In this document: piece after piece, positions 26,650 through 36,638 of the stretch
Layout: every line of letters starts with the position of its first letter
Position numbering within the stretch: the first letter of the stretch is position 1
NCBI GenBank assembly: GCA_005888075.1
Contig: VBKD01000174.1
Span: forward strand, 2,057-66,056
Length of the DNA: 64,000 nucleotides
From: Chloroflexota bacterium
Lineage (GTDB): Bacteria; Chloroflexota; Dormibacteria; Dormibacterales; Dormibacteraceae
Direction: 5' to 3'
Position numbers and translations under genes: made by a program
Notes under the pieces: model-generated
What the model saw: the letters and a program-made list of their open reading frames with translations, nothing else
Databases searched by the model: none
What the model was told of the DNA's origin: nothing

Positions 26650-27495
26650 TTATCCCTTCAATCCGCCGGCGGCGAGGCCGGACACGATCCGCCGCTGGGC
26701 GATGAGCACAAGGATCACGATCGGGAGCGTCGTCGCCACGACCCCAGCGTCGATGATGTTGTAGAAGACCTGGTACTTGCTCTGGCCCAGGTTCACGATC
26801 GCGAGCGGAGCGGTGTACCGGTTCGGATCGGACATGAACGACAGAGCGAAGACGAAGTCGTTCCAGCAAAGAATGAAGGAGATGATGGCGGCGGTGAAGA
26901 CACCTGGAAGCGCCAGGGGCAGCACGATCCTGCGCAGAACCTGCAATGGTGTGGCCCCGTCAACCGTGGCCGCCTCTTCGATCTCCTTGGGGATCTCGTC
27001 GAAGATGCTGACCAGGATCCATAGTCCGATCGGGATGGCGTAGATGAGATAGGTGATGATGAGGCTGAGGTAGCTGTTGAGAAAGTTGATGTTCCGATAC
27101 ACGAAGAACAGCGGGCCCACCATGGCGATCACCGGAAAAAAGCCGATAGCCAGGACGAACCCGAGCACGGCGGCGCGAGCGTTCTGAGCGAGGCGCACCA
27201 GGGCGTAGGCGGTCAGGATGCCCGTCACGAGGGCGATCGCGGTCGCTCCGGCCGCGACAAGCACGCTGTTGGCAAGCGGAAGGAGGAAGTTTCCAGCCAC
27301 GAACAGCTGGTTGTAGCTGTTCAGGGAGGCATGGTCCGGCCAGAGCCCATGCACCGCCTGTGTCAGCTCGGTATTGGACTTCAGAGAAGTGATCAAGACC
27401 CAGTAGAACGGGAACAGCGAGAAGAGCAGGATCACCAATATCACGAGGTAAAAGCCGGCGCTGCCGGCCCAACTCCGCGCGCGGATCGCCGTCAT
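26650..27495 (-). CDS. Carbohydrate ABC transporter permease (CUT1, MalG-like)
   Basis: This is the 3' part of ORF 26650..28035. The ATG at 27495 (MTAIRARSWAGSAGFYLVILVILLFSLFPFYWVL) overlaps the upstream stop (ATGA). The EAA-loop reads EEAATVDGATPLQVLRRIVLP. Confidence 0.85.
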   Translation of the reverse strand: MTAIRARSWAGSAGFYLVILVILLFSLFPFYWVLITSLKSNTELTQAVHGLWPDHASLNSYNQLFVAGNFLLPLANSVLVAAGATAIALVTGILTAYALVRLAQNARAAVLGFVLAIGFFPVIAMVGPLFFVYRNINFLNSYLSLIITYLIYAIPIGLWILVSIFDEIPKEIEEAATVDGATPLQVLRRIVLPLALPGVFTAAIISFILCWNDFVFALSFMSDPNRYTAPLAIVNLGQSKYQVFYNIIDAGVVATTLPIVILVLIAQRRIVSGLAAGGLKG

Positions 27496-28427
27496 GTCGA
27501 CGGCCTCAAGATGCGCAAGTACGCGACGGCGATCAGCAGTGCGCTGATCGTCAGAACCACTGAAACCGCTCCGCCGTAACCGAAATCCGTATCCACCAAA
27601 AACGCGCGCCAATTGATGAACGCAACTGTGTTGGTGGCATTGCCGGGGCCTCCGCCGGTGATCGCGTAGATCACATCGAACACGAGGAAGGCCGATAGCG
27701 TTCGAAAGATCAGCGCGACCTGGATCGAAGGCTTGAGGAGCGGCAACGTGACATACCAAAAGCGTCTGAGTATGCCTGCGCCGTCGATCTGCGCCTGCTC
27801 GTACAGATCGTCCGGAATCACCTGGAGGCCCGACAGCAAGATCAGGGCGAGAAACGGAGTGTTCTTCCAGGCATCGGCCACGAGGATCACGGTCCATGAG
27901 GTCCAGACGCCATTGAGCCAGGTGGTGTTCGCGCCGGGGAGGTGGGCGACTCCGAGCAGGTAGTTGACGAAGCCTATGCGGGGGTCGAAGTTCGTCTTCC
28001 ACAACAGCGCGGAGACGACCGTGGGCACGGCCCATGGCACGAGAACCGCCGCCCGAACGACCCCTCGCCCGCGGTAATTCTGGTGCATTGCAAGCGCGAA
28101 GACCAGCCCGATCACGAACTGAATCGCTACCGAGATGACCGTGTACAGGATCGTTCGTCCCCAGGCCGACAGCGAGTCAACGCCGGAAAAGACCCTCGTG
28201 TAGTTCTGCAGGCCGATGAAGTGCTCGGTGCCCGGATCGGTGAGGACGAAGTACTGGAAGGAGGCGTAGATGTTGTAGAAGGCCGGATAACCGACGATCA
28301 GAACCAGCAGGATCACCGTCGGCGCGATCAGCAGGGCCCCCAGTCGTTCGGCCGAGGCCTCCGGTCCGCTCAGGCGCTCCCTTAGATGGAGCCCCCGCTC
28401 GACTGCCTTGCCTCTAACCTCCGCCAC
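27492..28427 (-). CDS. Carbohydrate ABC transporter permease (CUT1, MalF-like)
   Basis: 311-aa ORF with 6 TM segments and the EAA-loop YEQAQIDGAGILRRFWYVTLPLL. Confidence 0.85.
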   Translation of the reverse strand: MAEVRGKAVERGLHLRERLSGPEASAERLGALLIAPTVILLVLIVGYPAFYNIYASFQYFVLTDPGTEHFIGLQNYTRVFSGVDSLSAWGRTILYTVISVAIQFVIGLVFALAMHQNYRGRGVVRAAVLVPWAVPTVVSALLWKTNFDPRIGFVNYLLGVAHLPGANTTWLNGVWTSWTVILVADAWKNTPFLALILLSGLQVIPDDLYEQAQIDGAGILRRFWYVTLPLLKPSIQVALIFRTLSAFLVFDVIYAITGGGPGNATNTVAFINWRAFLVDTDFGYGGAVSVVLTISALLIAVAYLRILRPST

Positions 28428-29712
28428 TGAGGATCGATTTGATCTGCGTTTGGGCCGACGACAAGGCAGATGAGGGGCTCACCTGATTGCTCAGGGCGGC
28501 GTTGAGTTGGGTCTGCAAGACATCCGAAACGCGAGGGTAGAGCGGGGTCACGGGGCGCGGGGTGGCAACGTCGAAGACCGCCTTCTGCTGCTGGTAGTAA
28601 GGCGCCTGAGCGAAGAGCGCCGAGTTGTAGGCCGATTTGACCGCGGGCGGGTCTCCCGCCGACACCGCGCGATCGATCTGGATCGAATCGGTGCTCAGGA
28701 ACTGGACGAACCTCCACGCGGCGCTGGCCTGCGTCGTCTTTGAGTTGATGACCAGGGAGTCGCCACCGAGGGCGGCTTTTGGCGTGTTCGATCCAGCCGG
28801 GAACGGGATCCAGCCAACCTTGCCTTTGAGTGGTGAGCCCGCCGCCTCGCCCAGCGAGTATATGTATGGCCAGTTCATGGCAAATGCGGCCTGTCCGCCG
28901 AGGTATGCCTGCTGCACATCGGACTCCTGCCAGCTCGTGACCGACTGAGGCGAGATGCTGTTTGAGTAGATGGCGTCCCTCATATAGGTGAGGGCCTGGA
29001 CGTTTTGGGCGGAGTTGATGTGGTTCAGGTCGAGCCCGCCCCCGAATCCGCCCGAGAAGCTTAGGAACGAGGTCACGACCCCTTCATACTTCGCGCCCTC
29101 ATAGGCCAAGCCGATCTTGATCGCGGGATTCTGGCCAGGCGCGGCTTTGGCCATGGAGGTGAGCTCCTCCGGCGTCTTCGGCGCCGTGGGCGTGAGGTCG
29201 GTGCGGTAGTAGATGCCCTCCGCATTTATGAACCATGGAAGGCCGTACAGCTTGTTGTTGTACGTGCCGGCCTGGATCTGGCCGGGAAAGAAATTCGAGA
29301 TGTTCGGGTTGAAGCGGTTGAGCGGCTGGATCCAGCCCGACTTCGCGAAGGTGGCGGGCCAGATGACGTCCGCGGTCGCCACATCAGGCGTCGAAGAACC
29401 GGAGATGAAACGCTGCGTGAGCTGCTGGTAGGCGGTGTTCGATGTTGGCGAGAGATTGAGGATGTTGACCTTCACATCGGGGTTGGCCTTTTCAAACGCG
29501 GCGACCGCCTTGTTGGTGGCATCGCCTTCACTTCCCAACCCCTGCGTCGCAAACACAATTGAGGTGGCTCGTGCCCCGCTGACACTTCCGGTACCACCAG
29601 TGCTGGTCCCGCTACAGGCCGCTACAGCGAGCAAAGCAACGAAAAGAAGCGCTGCGTTTCGCGGCTTGAGCACCTTGTCATCACCGTACAGAGGGCTTTC
29701 GACAGGCAGCAA
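28414..29712 (-). CDS. Carbohydrate ABC transporter substrate-binding lipoprotein
   Basis: 432-aa ORF with the lipobox LLAVAACSG and typical family-1 SBP blocks (PDVATADVIWPATFAKSGWIQPL, YNNKLYGLPWFINAEGIYYR). The start could be the GTG at 29673. Confidence 0.85.
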   Translation of the reverse strand: MLPVESPLYGDDKVLKPRNAALLFVALLAVAACSGTSTGGTGSVSGARATSIVFATQGLGSEGDATNKAVAAFEKANPDVKVNILNLSPTSNTAYQQLTQRFISGSSTPDVATADVIWPATFAKSGWIQPLNRFNPNISNFFPGQIQAGTYNNKLYGLPWFINAEGIYYRTDLTPTAPKTPEELTSMAKAAPGQNPAIKIGLAYEGAKYEGVVTSFLSFSGGFGGGLDLNHINSAQNVQALTYMRDAIYSNSISPQSVTSWQESDVQQAYLGGQAAFAMNWPYIYSLGEAAGSPLKGKVGWIPFPAGSNTPKAALGGDSLVINSKTTQASAAWRFVQFLSTDSIQIDRAVSAGDPPAVKSAYNSALFAQAPYYQQQKAVFDVATPRPVTPLYPRVSDVLQTQLNAALSNQVSPSSALSSAQTQIKSILSGGG

Positions 29713-29789
29713 TTGGTGAACTTGCCAGCAACGAACCGGTCATCCGACAGATGCACTGTTTCGCGCTTTGGCGGATCCTGAGATATGAG

Positions 29790-30941
29790 ATGAACGAAAA
29801 CTTGAGCCTTGGGCGTATCGGCGGCATCCATGTGGGGCTGAACTGGAGTCTTCTGGTCATTGCCGCCCTGATCGCGTGGAGCCTTGCAACCGGCATCCTT
29901 CCGCTGTCCGCGCCCGGCCAGCCGTCGAGCGCTTACTGGGTCGCGGGCGTGGTGGCGGCCGTCGTCTACCTCGCGTCGCTGCTTGCCCACGAGCTGGCTC
30001 ACTCCATGGTTGCGATGCGACGGGGCGTTCGAGTTGAAGGGATCACACTTTGGCTGTTTGGCGGCGTTTCGCGTTTCGCCAGCGAAACCTCGTCGCCTGG
30101 TTCCCAAGCCCTGATCATCTTCGTGGGCCCCCTCACAAGCCTCGTGCTGGGTGCGGTGTTCTACCTCCTTTCAATCGCGGTCGGTGGCGGCGCGCAATCG
30201 GGCCTCTTGCCTGTCACCCTTGCCTGGCTGGGTTACCTGAACTTAGTGCTCGGGGTGTTCAACCTGGTGCCCGCCTTCCCGCTGGATGGAGGCCGCCTCC
30301 TCCAATCCCTGATCTGGCTGCGAACCGGTGATCGGGTGCGAGCCACCAGCGTTGCCGCCCGCGTCGGGATGGTCTTTGCCTACCTGCTGATCGCCTACGG
30401 CCTTGCCACCTTCATATTTGCAGGCAATCTGATCGGTGGAGTCTGGGCAGTTTTCCTGGGCTGGTTCCTCCTCAGCGCAGCACGTTCTGAGGAAGCGGCC
30501 GGCCTCCTCCGGCAGGCGCTCTCCGGGACGACCGTCGCCGACGTGATGACTCCAAATCCTGTCCAGGCACCCGACGACACCACTGTCGAGAATGCGCTGC
30601 ACGGTTACGTTCTAGCGTCTCGGCATTCCACATTTCCAACCCATGACGCCGGCGGCCGGCTGAGCGGCCTCTTGACGATGGCAGCTCTGAAGAACGTCGC
30701 GCCGGACGCTCGTGAGACGACCCTCATCAAGCAGATCATCTGTCCGCTCGACAGCGTATCCACGGCCCGCCCGGCTGACCCGATCACCAACCTGCTCGGT
30801 ATCTCGGAGGGCTGCAGCGAAGGTCGCACCCTGGTCGTCGAAGACGGCCGGCTCGTGGGAATCATCTCTCCCAGCGATATCAGCCGGCTCGTGCAGCGCT
30901 CCCTGGCGGGTCGCTCGCGAGCGCCGGTTCCCAGCGCCTAA
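29790..30941 (+). CDS. Site-2 protease family (M50) metalloprotease with a C-terminal CBS pair
   Basis: ORF 29751..30941. The ATG at 29790 gives MNENLSLGRIGGIHVGLNWSL. Motifs HELAHSMVA (HExxH) and NLVPAFPLDGGR, then two CBS-like repeats (VADVMTPNPV..., GRLVGIISPSDISRL). Confidence 0.85.
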   Translation: MNENLSLGRIGGIHVGLNWSLLVIAALIAWSLATGILPLSAPGQPSSAYWVAGVVAAVVYLASLLAHELAHSMVAMRRGVRVEGITLWLFGGVSRFASETSSPGSQALIIFVGPLTSLVLGAVFYLLSIAVGGGAQSGLLPVTLAWLGYLNLVLGVFNLVPAFPLDGGRLLQSLIWLRTGDRVRATSVAARVGMVFAYLLIAYGLATFIFAGNLIGGVWAVFLGWFLLSAARSEEAAGLLRQALSGTTVADVMTPNPVQAPDDTTVENALHGYVLASRHSTFPTHDAGGRLSGLLTMAALKNVAPDARETTLIKQIICPLDSVSTARPADPITNLLGISEGCSEGRTLVVEDGRLVGIISPSDISRLVQRSLAGRSRAPVPSA

Positions 30942-30950
30942 CCGTCGTTG

Positions 30951-31514
30951 TTATTGGCCCGCCGCGGTCAATCCGAAATCTTCCAGGATCCTTTCCGCGA
31001 TGAGAGCCGGTGGTGGGCCGATGTCCACCCGGATTACCTGCTCATCGGACGCGGGTTCCTCGAGGTCGGCGAGCTGGCTGTCAAGCAGGCCTGATGGCAT
31101 GAAGTGATCGAGTCGCGAGGCCATTCGCGCGGCGATCGTTTCCCTGGAGCCGGCCAGATACACGAACACGACGCCCGAACCTCTTCGATTGATGAGATCT
31201 CGATACGAGCGCTTGAGAGCCGAGCACGTGATGAGGCCGTTCTCTCCGGCGTCGAGGCGCGCCTCAACCCATTGGGCGACCTTCTCCAGCCAGGGCCACC
31301 GATCGGCGTCCGTCAGTGGATGTCCGGTCGCCATCTTCTCGATGTTCGACTGGGGGTGGAGGGCATCGCCCTCCTCGAAAAGCCAACCCAGTCGGCCGGC
31401 AAGAATCGCTGCCACGGTGGTCTTGCCGGTGCCGGACACCCCCATGAAGACCAAAACGACGGGTTTCGCCAATGCTGCTGAGGACCCGTGGTCGAGCGGA
31501 GTGTTGGACGTCAC
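30951..31514 (-). CDS. gntK: Gluconokinase-like small P-loop kinase
   Basis: This is the 3' part of ORF 30951..31907. The GTG at 31514 overlaps the upstream stop (GTGA). Motifs FMGVSGTGKTTVA, GDALHPQSNIEKMATGHPLTDADRWPWL and CSALKRSYRD match gluconate kinase. Confidence 0.75.
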   Translation of the reverse strand: MTSNTPLDHGSSAALAKPVVLVFMGVSGTGKTTVAAILAGRLGWLFEEGDALHPQSNIEKMATGHPLTDADRWPWLEKVAQWVEARLDAGENGLITCSALKRSYRDLINRRGSGVVFVYLAGSRETIAARMASRLDHFMPSGLLDSQLADLEEPASDEQVIRVDIGPPPALIAERILEDFGLTAAGQ

Positions 31515-32209
31515 CTGGAGTCGGTTCTGAGCACACCGTCGGATATCCACCTCACCGACATCACGAGGGCAATCCACGCGATCGTGATCAGCACGGCGGC
31601 AAGGACGTCGGTCGGCCAGTGCGCTCCCGTCTCCATCCTGCTGATCGCACAGGCGACGACCGTCATCGCGACCAGCACCCAGCCGGCGGGGCGCGCCCAG
31701 CCTGGAAGAAATCGATAGCCAAAGCACAGCATCACCACTGTCATCAACGTGGCGACGAAGATCGTATGGCCGCTCGGGAAGCTCGAGGCGCCCGGATGCT
31801 CCGTGACCTGCAGGACCTGGGCCGTCGTCGGACGCGGGCGAAGGATGAGATGGCTCAGGACCTGGTACCAGACACCCGTCACGGCCGCCGCGATCGGCAC
31901 GCGCCATGCGCGCCGGTTGAAGACGAGCACGCCGGCGAAGACGATGGCCTCGGCCACGGCACCTTTGGCGTCACCGATCCAGGTGAACACGGGGAAGGTC
32001 AGCGCTAGGGGACCCCAGTTCGTCGACTGCACATCGCGTTCGATCAGCGCGTCCTCGGGGAGGTAAGGATGCATGACCACGATCGCCGTGACGATCGCGA
32101 CCCCCAGCGCGGCCAGGACAGCCACCATCAGCAGCGGACGATTCAGCCCATCGTTGGGCGTCTCTCCAATTCGCTTGCGAGCCCTGGACGGTGCCTCGTC
32201 GGCGATCAA
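31511..32209 (-). CDS. PAP2-family lipid phosphate phosphatase (paralog 2)
   Basis: This is the 3' part of ORF 31511..32860. The TTG at 32209 overlaps the upstream stop (TTGA). Motifs ILRPRP, PSGHT and SRMETGAHWPTDV are PAP2 motifs C1-C3. The start is uncertain (an alternative ATG gives MVAVLAAL). Confidence 0.7.
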   Translation of the reverse strand: MIADEAPSRARKRIGETPNDGLNRPLLMVAVLAALGVAIVTAIVVMHPYLPEDALIERDVQSTNWGPLALTFPVFTWIGDAKGAVAEAIVFAGVLVFNRRAWRVPIAAAVTGVWYQVLSHLILRPRPTTAQVLQVTEHPGASSFPSGHTIFVATLMTVVMLCFGYRFLPGWARPAGWVLVAMTVVACAISRMETGAHWPTDVLAAVLITIAWIALVMSVRWISDGVLRTDSR

Positions 32210-32928
32210 TTGCTCGCCGACCGCTTTCGGAATCGACCGCTGAACCAGCGAAAGGTCGGCGACGGCAGCCAACGTTCGGGCAGCCACAGCACGAAGGCGG
32301 ACCAGCCGGCGCCGAGGAGCACACCGCCAACCACGTCGCTCGGCCAGTGGTCTCCCGCCCAAACCCTTGCTATGCAGGTGAGCACGATCACGATGACCGC
32401 CCCCACCCAGAGCGCGGGTCGGTAGATGGGTTTGATCCGCGGCGCCAGGGACACGGCCAGCATGAAGCTCAACCAGGTGAAGAAGACGGCATGACCGCTC
32501 GGGTAGCTGAACCCGCTCGCCGGCGTGAGTATGTGGACCACATCGACTGTGGGTCGAGGCCGCTCGACCACCAGCTTGATGATGTTGTCGAGAAGGCTCG
32601 AGATGCTGCCGATCAGCATCAGCCATCCGGCCCGCCGCTCGACGATGAACATCGCGACGATGGCAGTGGCGCCGGCCAGAATCTGCCAGTAACCGGCGGT
32701 GATGTTGATGATCTGCATGGGGTACACCAGGGGACCCCAGTTGAGGCTTTGGACGAACGCGGTGATGCGGATGTCGAGCGGCAGCCAGAAGCCGTTGAGC
32801 ACGAGGACGGTGTCGATGGCGAACAGGGCGAACATGACCAAGGCGGTGGGGCCCAACCATCTTCTTGCCGCGGCCTCTGGCTCGCCGGCAAGAATTTCCT
32901 TCGCGACCTCGTTGGGCTGTGCGCTCAT
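32206..32928 (-). CDS. PAP2-family lipid phosphate phosphatase (paralog 1)
   Basis: 240-aa ORF with KLVVERPRP, PSGHA and ARVWAGDHWPSDV. It has an ATGA overlap with the lipid kinase stop. Confidence 0.8.
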   Translation of the reverse strand: MSAQPNEVAKEILAGEPEAAARRWLGPTALVMFALFAIDTVLVLNGFWLPLDIRITAFVQSLNWGPLVYPMQIINITAGYWQILAGATAIVAMFIVERRAGWLMLIGSISSLLDNIIKLVVERPRPTVDVVHILTPASGFSYPSGHAVFFTWLSFMLAVSLAPRIKPIYRPALWVGAVIVIVLTCIARVWAGDHWPSDVVGGVLLGAGWSAFVLWLPERWLPSPTFRWFSGRFRKRSASN

Positions 32929-33788
32929 CGGGGCAGGATGACCTTCAACGCGCTCAGCTCGGCGCTGATCGACGCCGGCGTGAGGCCCACGCGGACATTG
33001 TCCGCATAGATTCGGCCTCGCGGTTTGGTCGTGACGTGCAGTTTGCGAAACCTGAACATCTGGCCGGCGCTGTCTTCACCTTCCTTGGAAAGGACGGCGC
33101 GGGCGAGCACGCGCATGACGATGTCGGTGCGGGTTGCACCGGCGTGAATCGACAGCTCCAGGAATGGATCCTCCGGCGTCTTGTCACTTACCGCCATCTG
33201 TGAGCCGATCGATTTGGTGTTCGTGAAGACAAGCGACATGGCGCTTCCGTCTCCGGTGAGGTCGCCGGTCAGCTCGTACTTGAATCGTTTGGCGGTGAGC
33301 ACGTTCATCGCGGCTTCGGCAAAAGCGCCGAAGGCCAAATCCTTCGCGGCATCACCTGCCGCGATGGTCTCCCCGAACAGTCCAATCGCGGCAGCCTCGA
33401 GGAAAATCGTGCCGTTGACGCGACCGAGTGTGATGGGATGAGGTGTGCCCTCCTTGACCACCCGAATGGCTGCGTCGATCGTCGTCGGCAGGTGAAGCGA
33501 CCTCGCGAAGTTGTTGAAGGTTCCCATCGAGATGATGCCCAGAGGGTGCCTGGTCTCGACCAGCCTGCGAACCACCCATCCAATCGTTCCGTCGCCGCCG
33601 GCGACCACGACCTTGGCGGTCGGGGTCAGGAGCTTCTCGAGGTCCATCTTGGGGTCGAACTCGACGATCAAGCTGTCCTCGAACGCCTTGCGAATCTTGG
33701 CCTCGCCCTCCGGCGTGACCGAGCCGGCCCTGGAGCTCAATATCACCACGTTCGTCGCGCGGGAGGCCTGCGCCTTGGCGGGGGTCAC
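32925..33788 (-). CDS. Diacylglycerol kinase catalytic-domain lipid kinase (YegS/DagK-like)
   Basis: 287-aa ORF with VVVAGGDGTIGWVV, IISMGTFNNFARSL and the beta-sandwich C-terminal part typical of DAGK_cat lipid kinases. Confidence 0.85.
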   Translation of the reverse strand: MTPAKAQASRATNVVILSSRAGSVTPEGEAKIRKAFEDSLIVEFDPKMDLEKLLTPTAKVVVAGGDGTIGWVVRRLVETRHPLGIISMGTFNNFARSLHLPTTIDAAIRVVKEGTPHPITLGRVNGTIFLEAAAIGLFGETIAAGDAAKDLAFGAFAEAAMNVLTAKRFKYELTGDLTGDGSAMSLVFTNTKSIGSQMAVSDKTPEDPFLELSIHAGATRTDIVMRVLARAVLSKEGEDSAGQMFRFRKLHVTTKPRGRIYADNVRVGLTPASISAELSALKVILPR

Positions 33789-33813
33789 CCGAGCCTCACG
33801 GAGTTGACGCCGG

Positions 33814-34674
33814 TCAGGCCGAGCCCGGACTGCCCATCAGCCGGACCCAGCGTGCGCATGCCAGGGAGTGGAGACCCAGCGCCACGATCCCCAGCGCCAC
33901 GACGCCCAGCACAAGGTGTCCAAATGGTTGGGTGAGCAGGAACAGGAATGCGCCGTCGAAACCCTGGACCTTGCCCGGGTCGTGGTGGAGGCCCGCCTGC
34001 ACGATGAACCAACCGACGATCACAAAGATGACCCCACGCGCGAACATCCCGAAACGCCCCAGCCCGGTGACGATTCTTCGCGTCATGTCGCTTATCTCGG
34101 CGCCCTTGAGGTCTCTCATGAAGACAGCTCGGTAGGCCTCGACGAACTGTCCCAAGCCGACGCCCAACGCAATCAGGCCGATGAGCACCGTCAGCGAGCC
34201 ACCCGCCGGGTGTTCGAGGATCGACGAGATCGCCTTTCGAGTGGAGTCGGTCGAACCGCCGCCCGAGCCGGCGAGGATCTTGAACCCGAAGACGACTATC
34301 AGGGCATACGAAATCGCACTCGAAACGAATCCAAGCCTCTCGATATATCCGGATGGGTCGCTGCCTCGGTGCAGCGGATCGAAGAAAGCCCTGATGAGCC
34401 CCCAGACCGAATAAGCCGCGAGGCCGACGATGATCATCAGCAGGAGGAGCTTGCCGAACTGGTTGCTGATGAGCACCACCACGCTTCCGGTCAGATCGAC
34501 TGCCCGGCCGTCCGGTTTTGACAGGGCTATGCGAAGGGCAAGGATGCCCATGGCGATGTACAGCGCTCCACGGACGATGTAGCCCAGCCGCTCCAGCAGC
34601 TCGAGCCCGGGATTCGCGGCCGCCCGCTTCGCCTCGTGCTTGACCGAATTTGCGTTCGCCTGAACAGTGGCCAT
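33814..34674 (-). CDS. Polytopic membrane protein with internal repeats (DUF1206-like, from memory)
   Basis: 286-aa ORF. TM hairpin units are repeated three times (LGYIVRGALYIAMGILAL..., LGFVSSAISYALIVVFGF..., LGRFGMFARGVIFVIVGW...). Confidence 0.65.
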   Translation of the reverse strand: MATVQANANSVKHEAKRAAANPGLELLERLGYIVRGALYIAMGILALRIALSKPDGRAVDLTGSVVVLISNQFGKLLLLMIIVGLAAYSVWGLIRAFFDPLHRGSDPSGYIERLGFVSSAISYALIVVFGFKILAGSGGGSTDSTRKAISSILEHPAGGSLTVLIGLIALGVGLGQFVEAYRAVFMRDLKGAEISDMTRRIVTGLGRFGMFARGVIFVIVGWFIVQAGLHHDPGKVQGFDGAFLFLLTQPFGHLVLGVVALGIVALGLHSLACARWVRLMGSPGSA

Positions 34675-34749
34675 GTATCCGTTGGGAGAACGGCTGACGA
34701 TGACAAGTCAGCTAACTTCTGTGGAGGTCGATTGCCCTAGGGTGATCCT

Positions 34750-35292
34750 GTGGCCAGGGTCGAGCGCTACGGCCCAGGCGAAGCAGCGGCTCATTTCACG
34801 CCCGGCGACTTCATCCTCACCCATCGGCATACTCCCATCGCGCAGCTGATCAGCATCGGCGAGAAGCGGCGCTTTCGAGGCGCCGACGCCGTATACGCAC
34901 ACTGGAGCCACTGCGCCCTCGTCGTCGGTGATGATGGCGCGGTGGTGGAAGCCGAGAGCACGGGCGTGCGGCGCAGCCCGATCGCGAGGTACAAGGCCGA
35001 CGAGTATCACCTGGTGCGGCTCGGTCCTGAGTTCGCGACCGAGCGGCGGCGGCGCGCCGTCAAGTATGCCGACGCACAGGTTGGAAAAGCCTTCGGCTAC
35101 TTCGCGCTGGTCGGCGCGGCTCTCTTCCTTGTAACCGGTTTGCCGTTCCGGCTGATGCGTCGCGACCATCAGATCTGTTCTGGGCTTGTGGTCCGCGCCT
35201 TGCAAGAAGCGGACATGCTGCCGGGTCTTGATCCCGCTCTGACGTTGCCTGCCGACCTGGCCAAGACTTTCAACGTGAGCGCGGTCGTATGA
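34750..35292 (+). CDS. Hypothetical protein, possibly a permuted papain-like (YiiX/C92-type) hydrolase
   Basis: 180-aa ORF. The order AHWSHCALVV ... HQICSGLVVRAL (His before Cys) suggests a permuted NlpC/P60-like fold. This is a weak motif-level call. Confidence 0.45.
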   Translation: MARVERYGPGEAAAHFTPGDFILTHRHTPIAQLISIGEKRRFRGADAVYAHWSHCALVVGDDGAVVEAESTGVRRSPIARYKADEYHLVRLGPEFATERRRRAVKYADAQVGKAFGYFALVGAALFLVTGLPFRLMRRDHQICSGLVVRALQEADMLPGLDPALTLPADLAKTFNVSAVV

Positions 35293-36101
35293 CCGGCGTC
35301 CACTGCTTCATCTGCGTCACGTGCGGCGTCCAGTTCGCGCCCACCACAGCTCCGCCGGAGCACTGCCCGATCTGCGAGGACGAGCGGCAATACGTCGGTT
35401 GGTCCGGTCAGCAATGGACGACTCTTGATGCTCTACGCGAGGAACATCGCAACGAGGTGCGGGATGATCTCGGGCTGGTCGGTATGGCGACCAAACCTTC
35501 ATTTGCGATCGGCCAGCGTGCCCTGCTCGTTCGCGCTCCGCATGGCAATGTGCTCTGGGATTGCATCACGTTGATCGATGACGCGACCGTCAAGGAGGTC
35601 CGCAACCTAGGCGGCATACGGGCGATCGCGATCTCACATCCTCACTACTACTCATCGGTGGTCGAGTGGAGCCGAGCGTTTGATGCACCCGTCCTTCTCC
35701 ATGCGGCCGACCGGCGCTGGGTGATGCGGAGCGATCCGTCCATCGAATTCTGGAGCGGGGCCACGAAGGCTTTGTGGGATGGGATGACTCTCATTCGCGC
35801 CGGCGGTCACTTCGAGGGAGGAACTGTCATGCACTGGCCTGGGGGAGCAGACGGTCGCGGCGCTCTGCTGACGGGCGACATTCTTCAGGTCGCGCAAGAT
35901 CGCCGGTGGGTCAGTTTCATGTACAGCTATCCCAACTACATCCCACTGCCGCGAGCGGAGATCGACCGTATCGCTGCCGCCGTCGAGCCCTTCGAGTTTG
36001 ATCGCATCTACGGCGCCTGGTGGGATCGCAACGTGATCTCAGACGCGAAGAACGCCGTGCGCCAGTCGGCCGAGCGGTACAAGCGGGCGCTAGGTCACTG
36101 A
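35289..36101 (+). CDS. MBL-fold metallo-hydrolase with an N-terminal CxxC...CxxC zinc ribbon
   Basis: 270-aa ORF with an ATGA overlap. Motifs CFICVTCGVQF...HCPICEDER and AIAISHPHYYSS (HxHxDH-like). Confidence 0.75.
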   Translation: MTGVHCFICVTCGVQFAPTTAPPEHCPICEDERQYVGWSGQQWTTLDALREEHRNEVRDDLGLVGMATKPSFAIGQRALLVRAPHGNVLWDCITLIDDATVKEVRNLGGIRAIAISHPHYYSSVVEWSRAFDAPVLLHAADRRWVMRSDPSIEFWSGATKALWDGMTLIRAGGHFEGGTVMHWPGGADGRGALLTGDILQVAQDRRWVSFMYSYPNYIPLPRAEIDRIAAAVEPFEFDRIYGAWWDRNVISDAKNAVRQSAERYKRALGH

Positions 36102-36201
36102 GCGGCAGCCGGCGGGGCGTCTTTGGTGCGGTGCGACTTTATGCGCGTTCCTTACGGTTTACTGGAAGGCGCTGCTGTCGTTGCAGAACACCTGAGGAGG
36201 C

Positions 36202-36525
36202 GTGACTGTGGAGATCTATCGCGCGACGTCCGACACGATCGTATGCACGCTGTCCACAGAGGAGCTGCGCGACACGGGCTCGGCGTGGGCAAAGCTGTTC
36301 AGGACCGCGCTCCTGGTGCAAGAGGAGATTCCCGGAGGGCTCCGCCTCGTGGTCAACGATGGCAGCGCCGAGGCGTTGAGGCAGCTCATCGAGATCGAGC
36401 GTGACTGCTGCCGCTGGATTACGTTCGAGTTGGACGGTCCGGCGGTTTCCATGACGGCCGACGGAGCCGGCGCCGCGACCATCCGTGCGATGTGGGCGAT
36501 CGACCCATCCTTGAACGGAGAATAG
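36202..36525 (+). CDS. Hypothetical protein
   Basis: 107-aa ORF with a GTG start 6 nt after GAGGAGG. It contains an ERDCCRW motif. No family was recognised. Confidence 0.5.
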   Translation: MTVEIYRATSDTIVCTLSTEELRDTGSAWAKLFRTALLVQEEIPGGLRLVVNDGSAEALRQLIEIERDCCRWITFELDGPAVSMTADGAGAATIRAMWAIDPSLNGE

Positions 36526-36638
36526 GCCCGCCGTCTACGGCCTCGCTTCGGCTCACCTCACCGATGAGTTTTGGGTGGAATGGCTGTCTGAAGAGAGGAA
36601 GCAAGACGGACGCCATGGCACGCATGAGGAGGCAGCCA

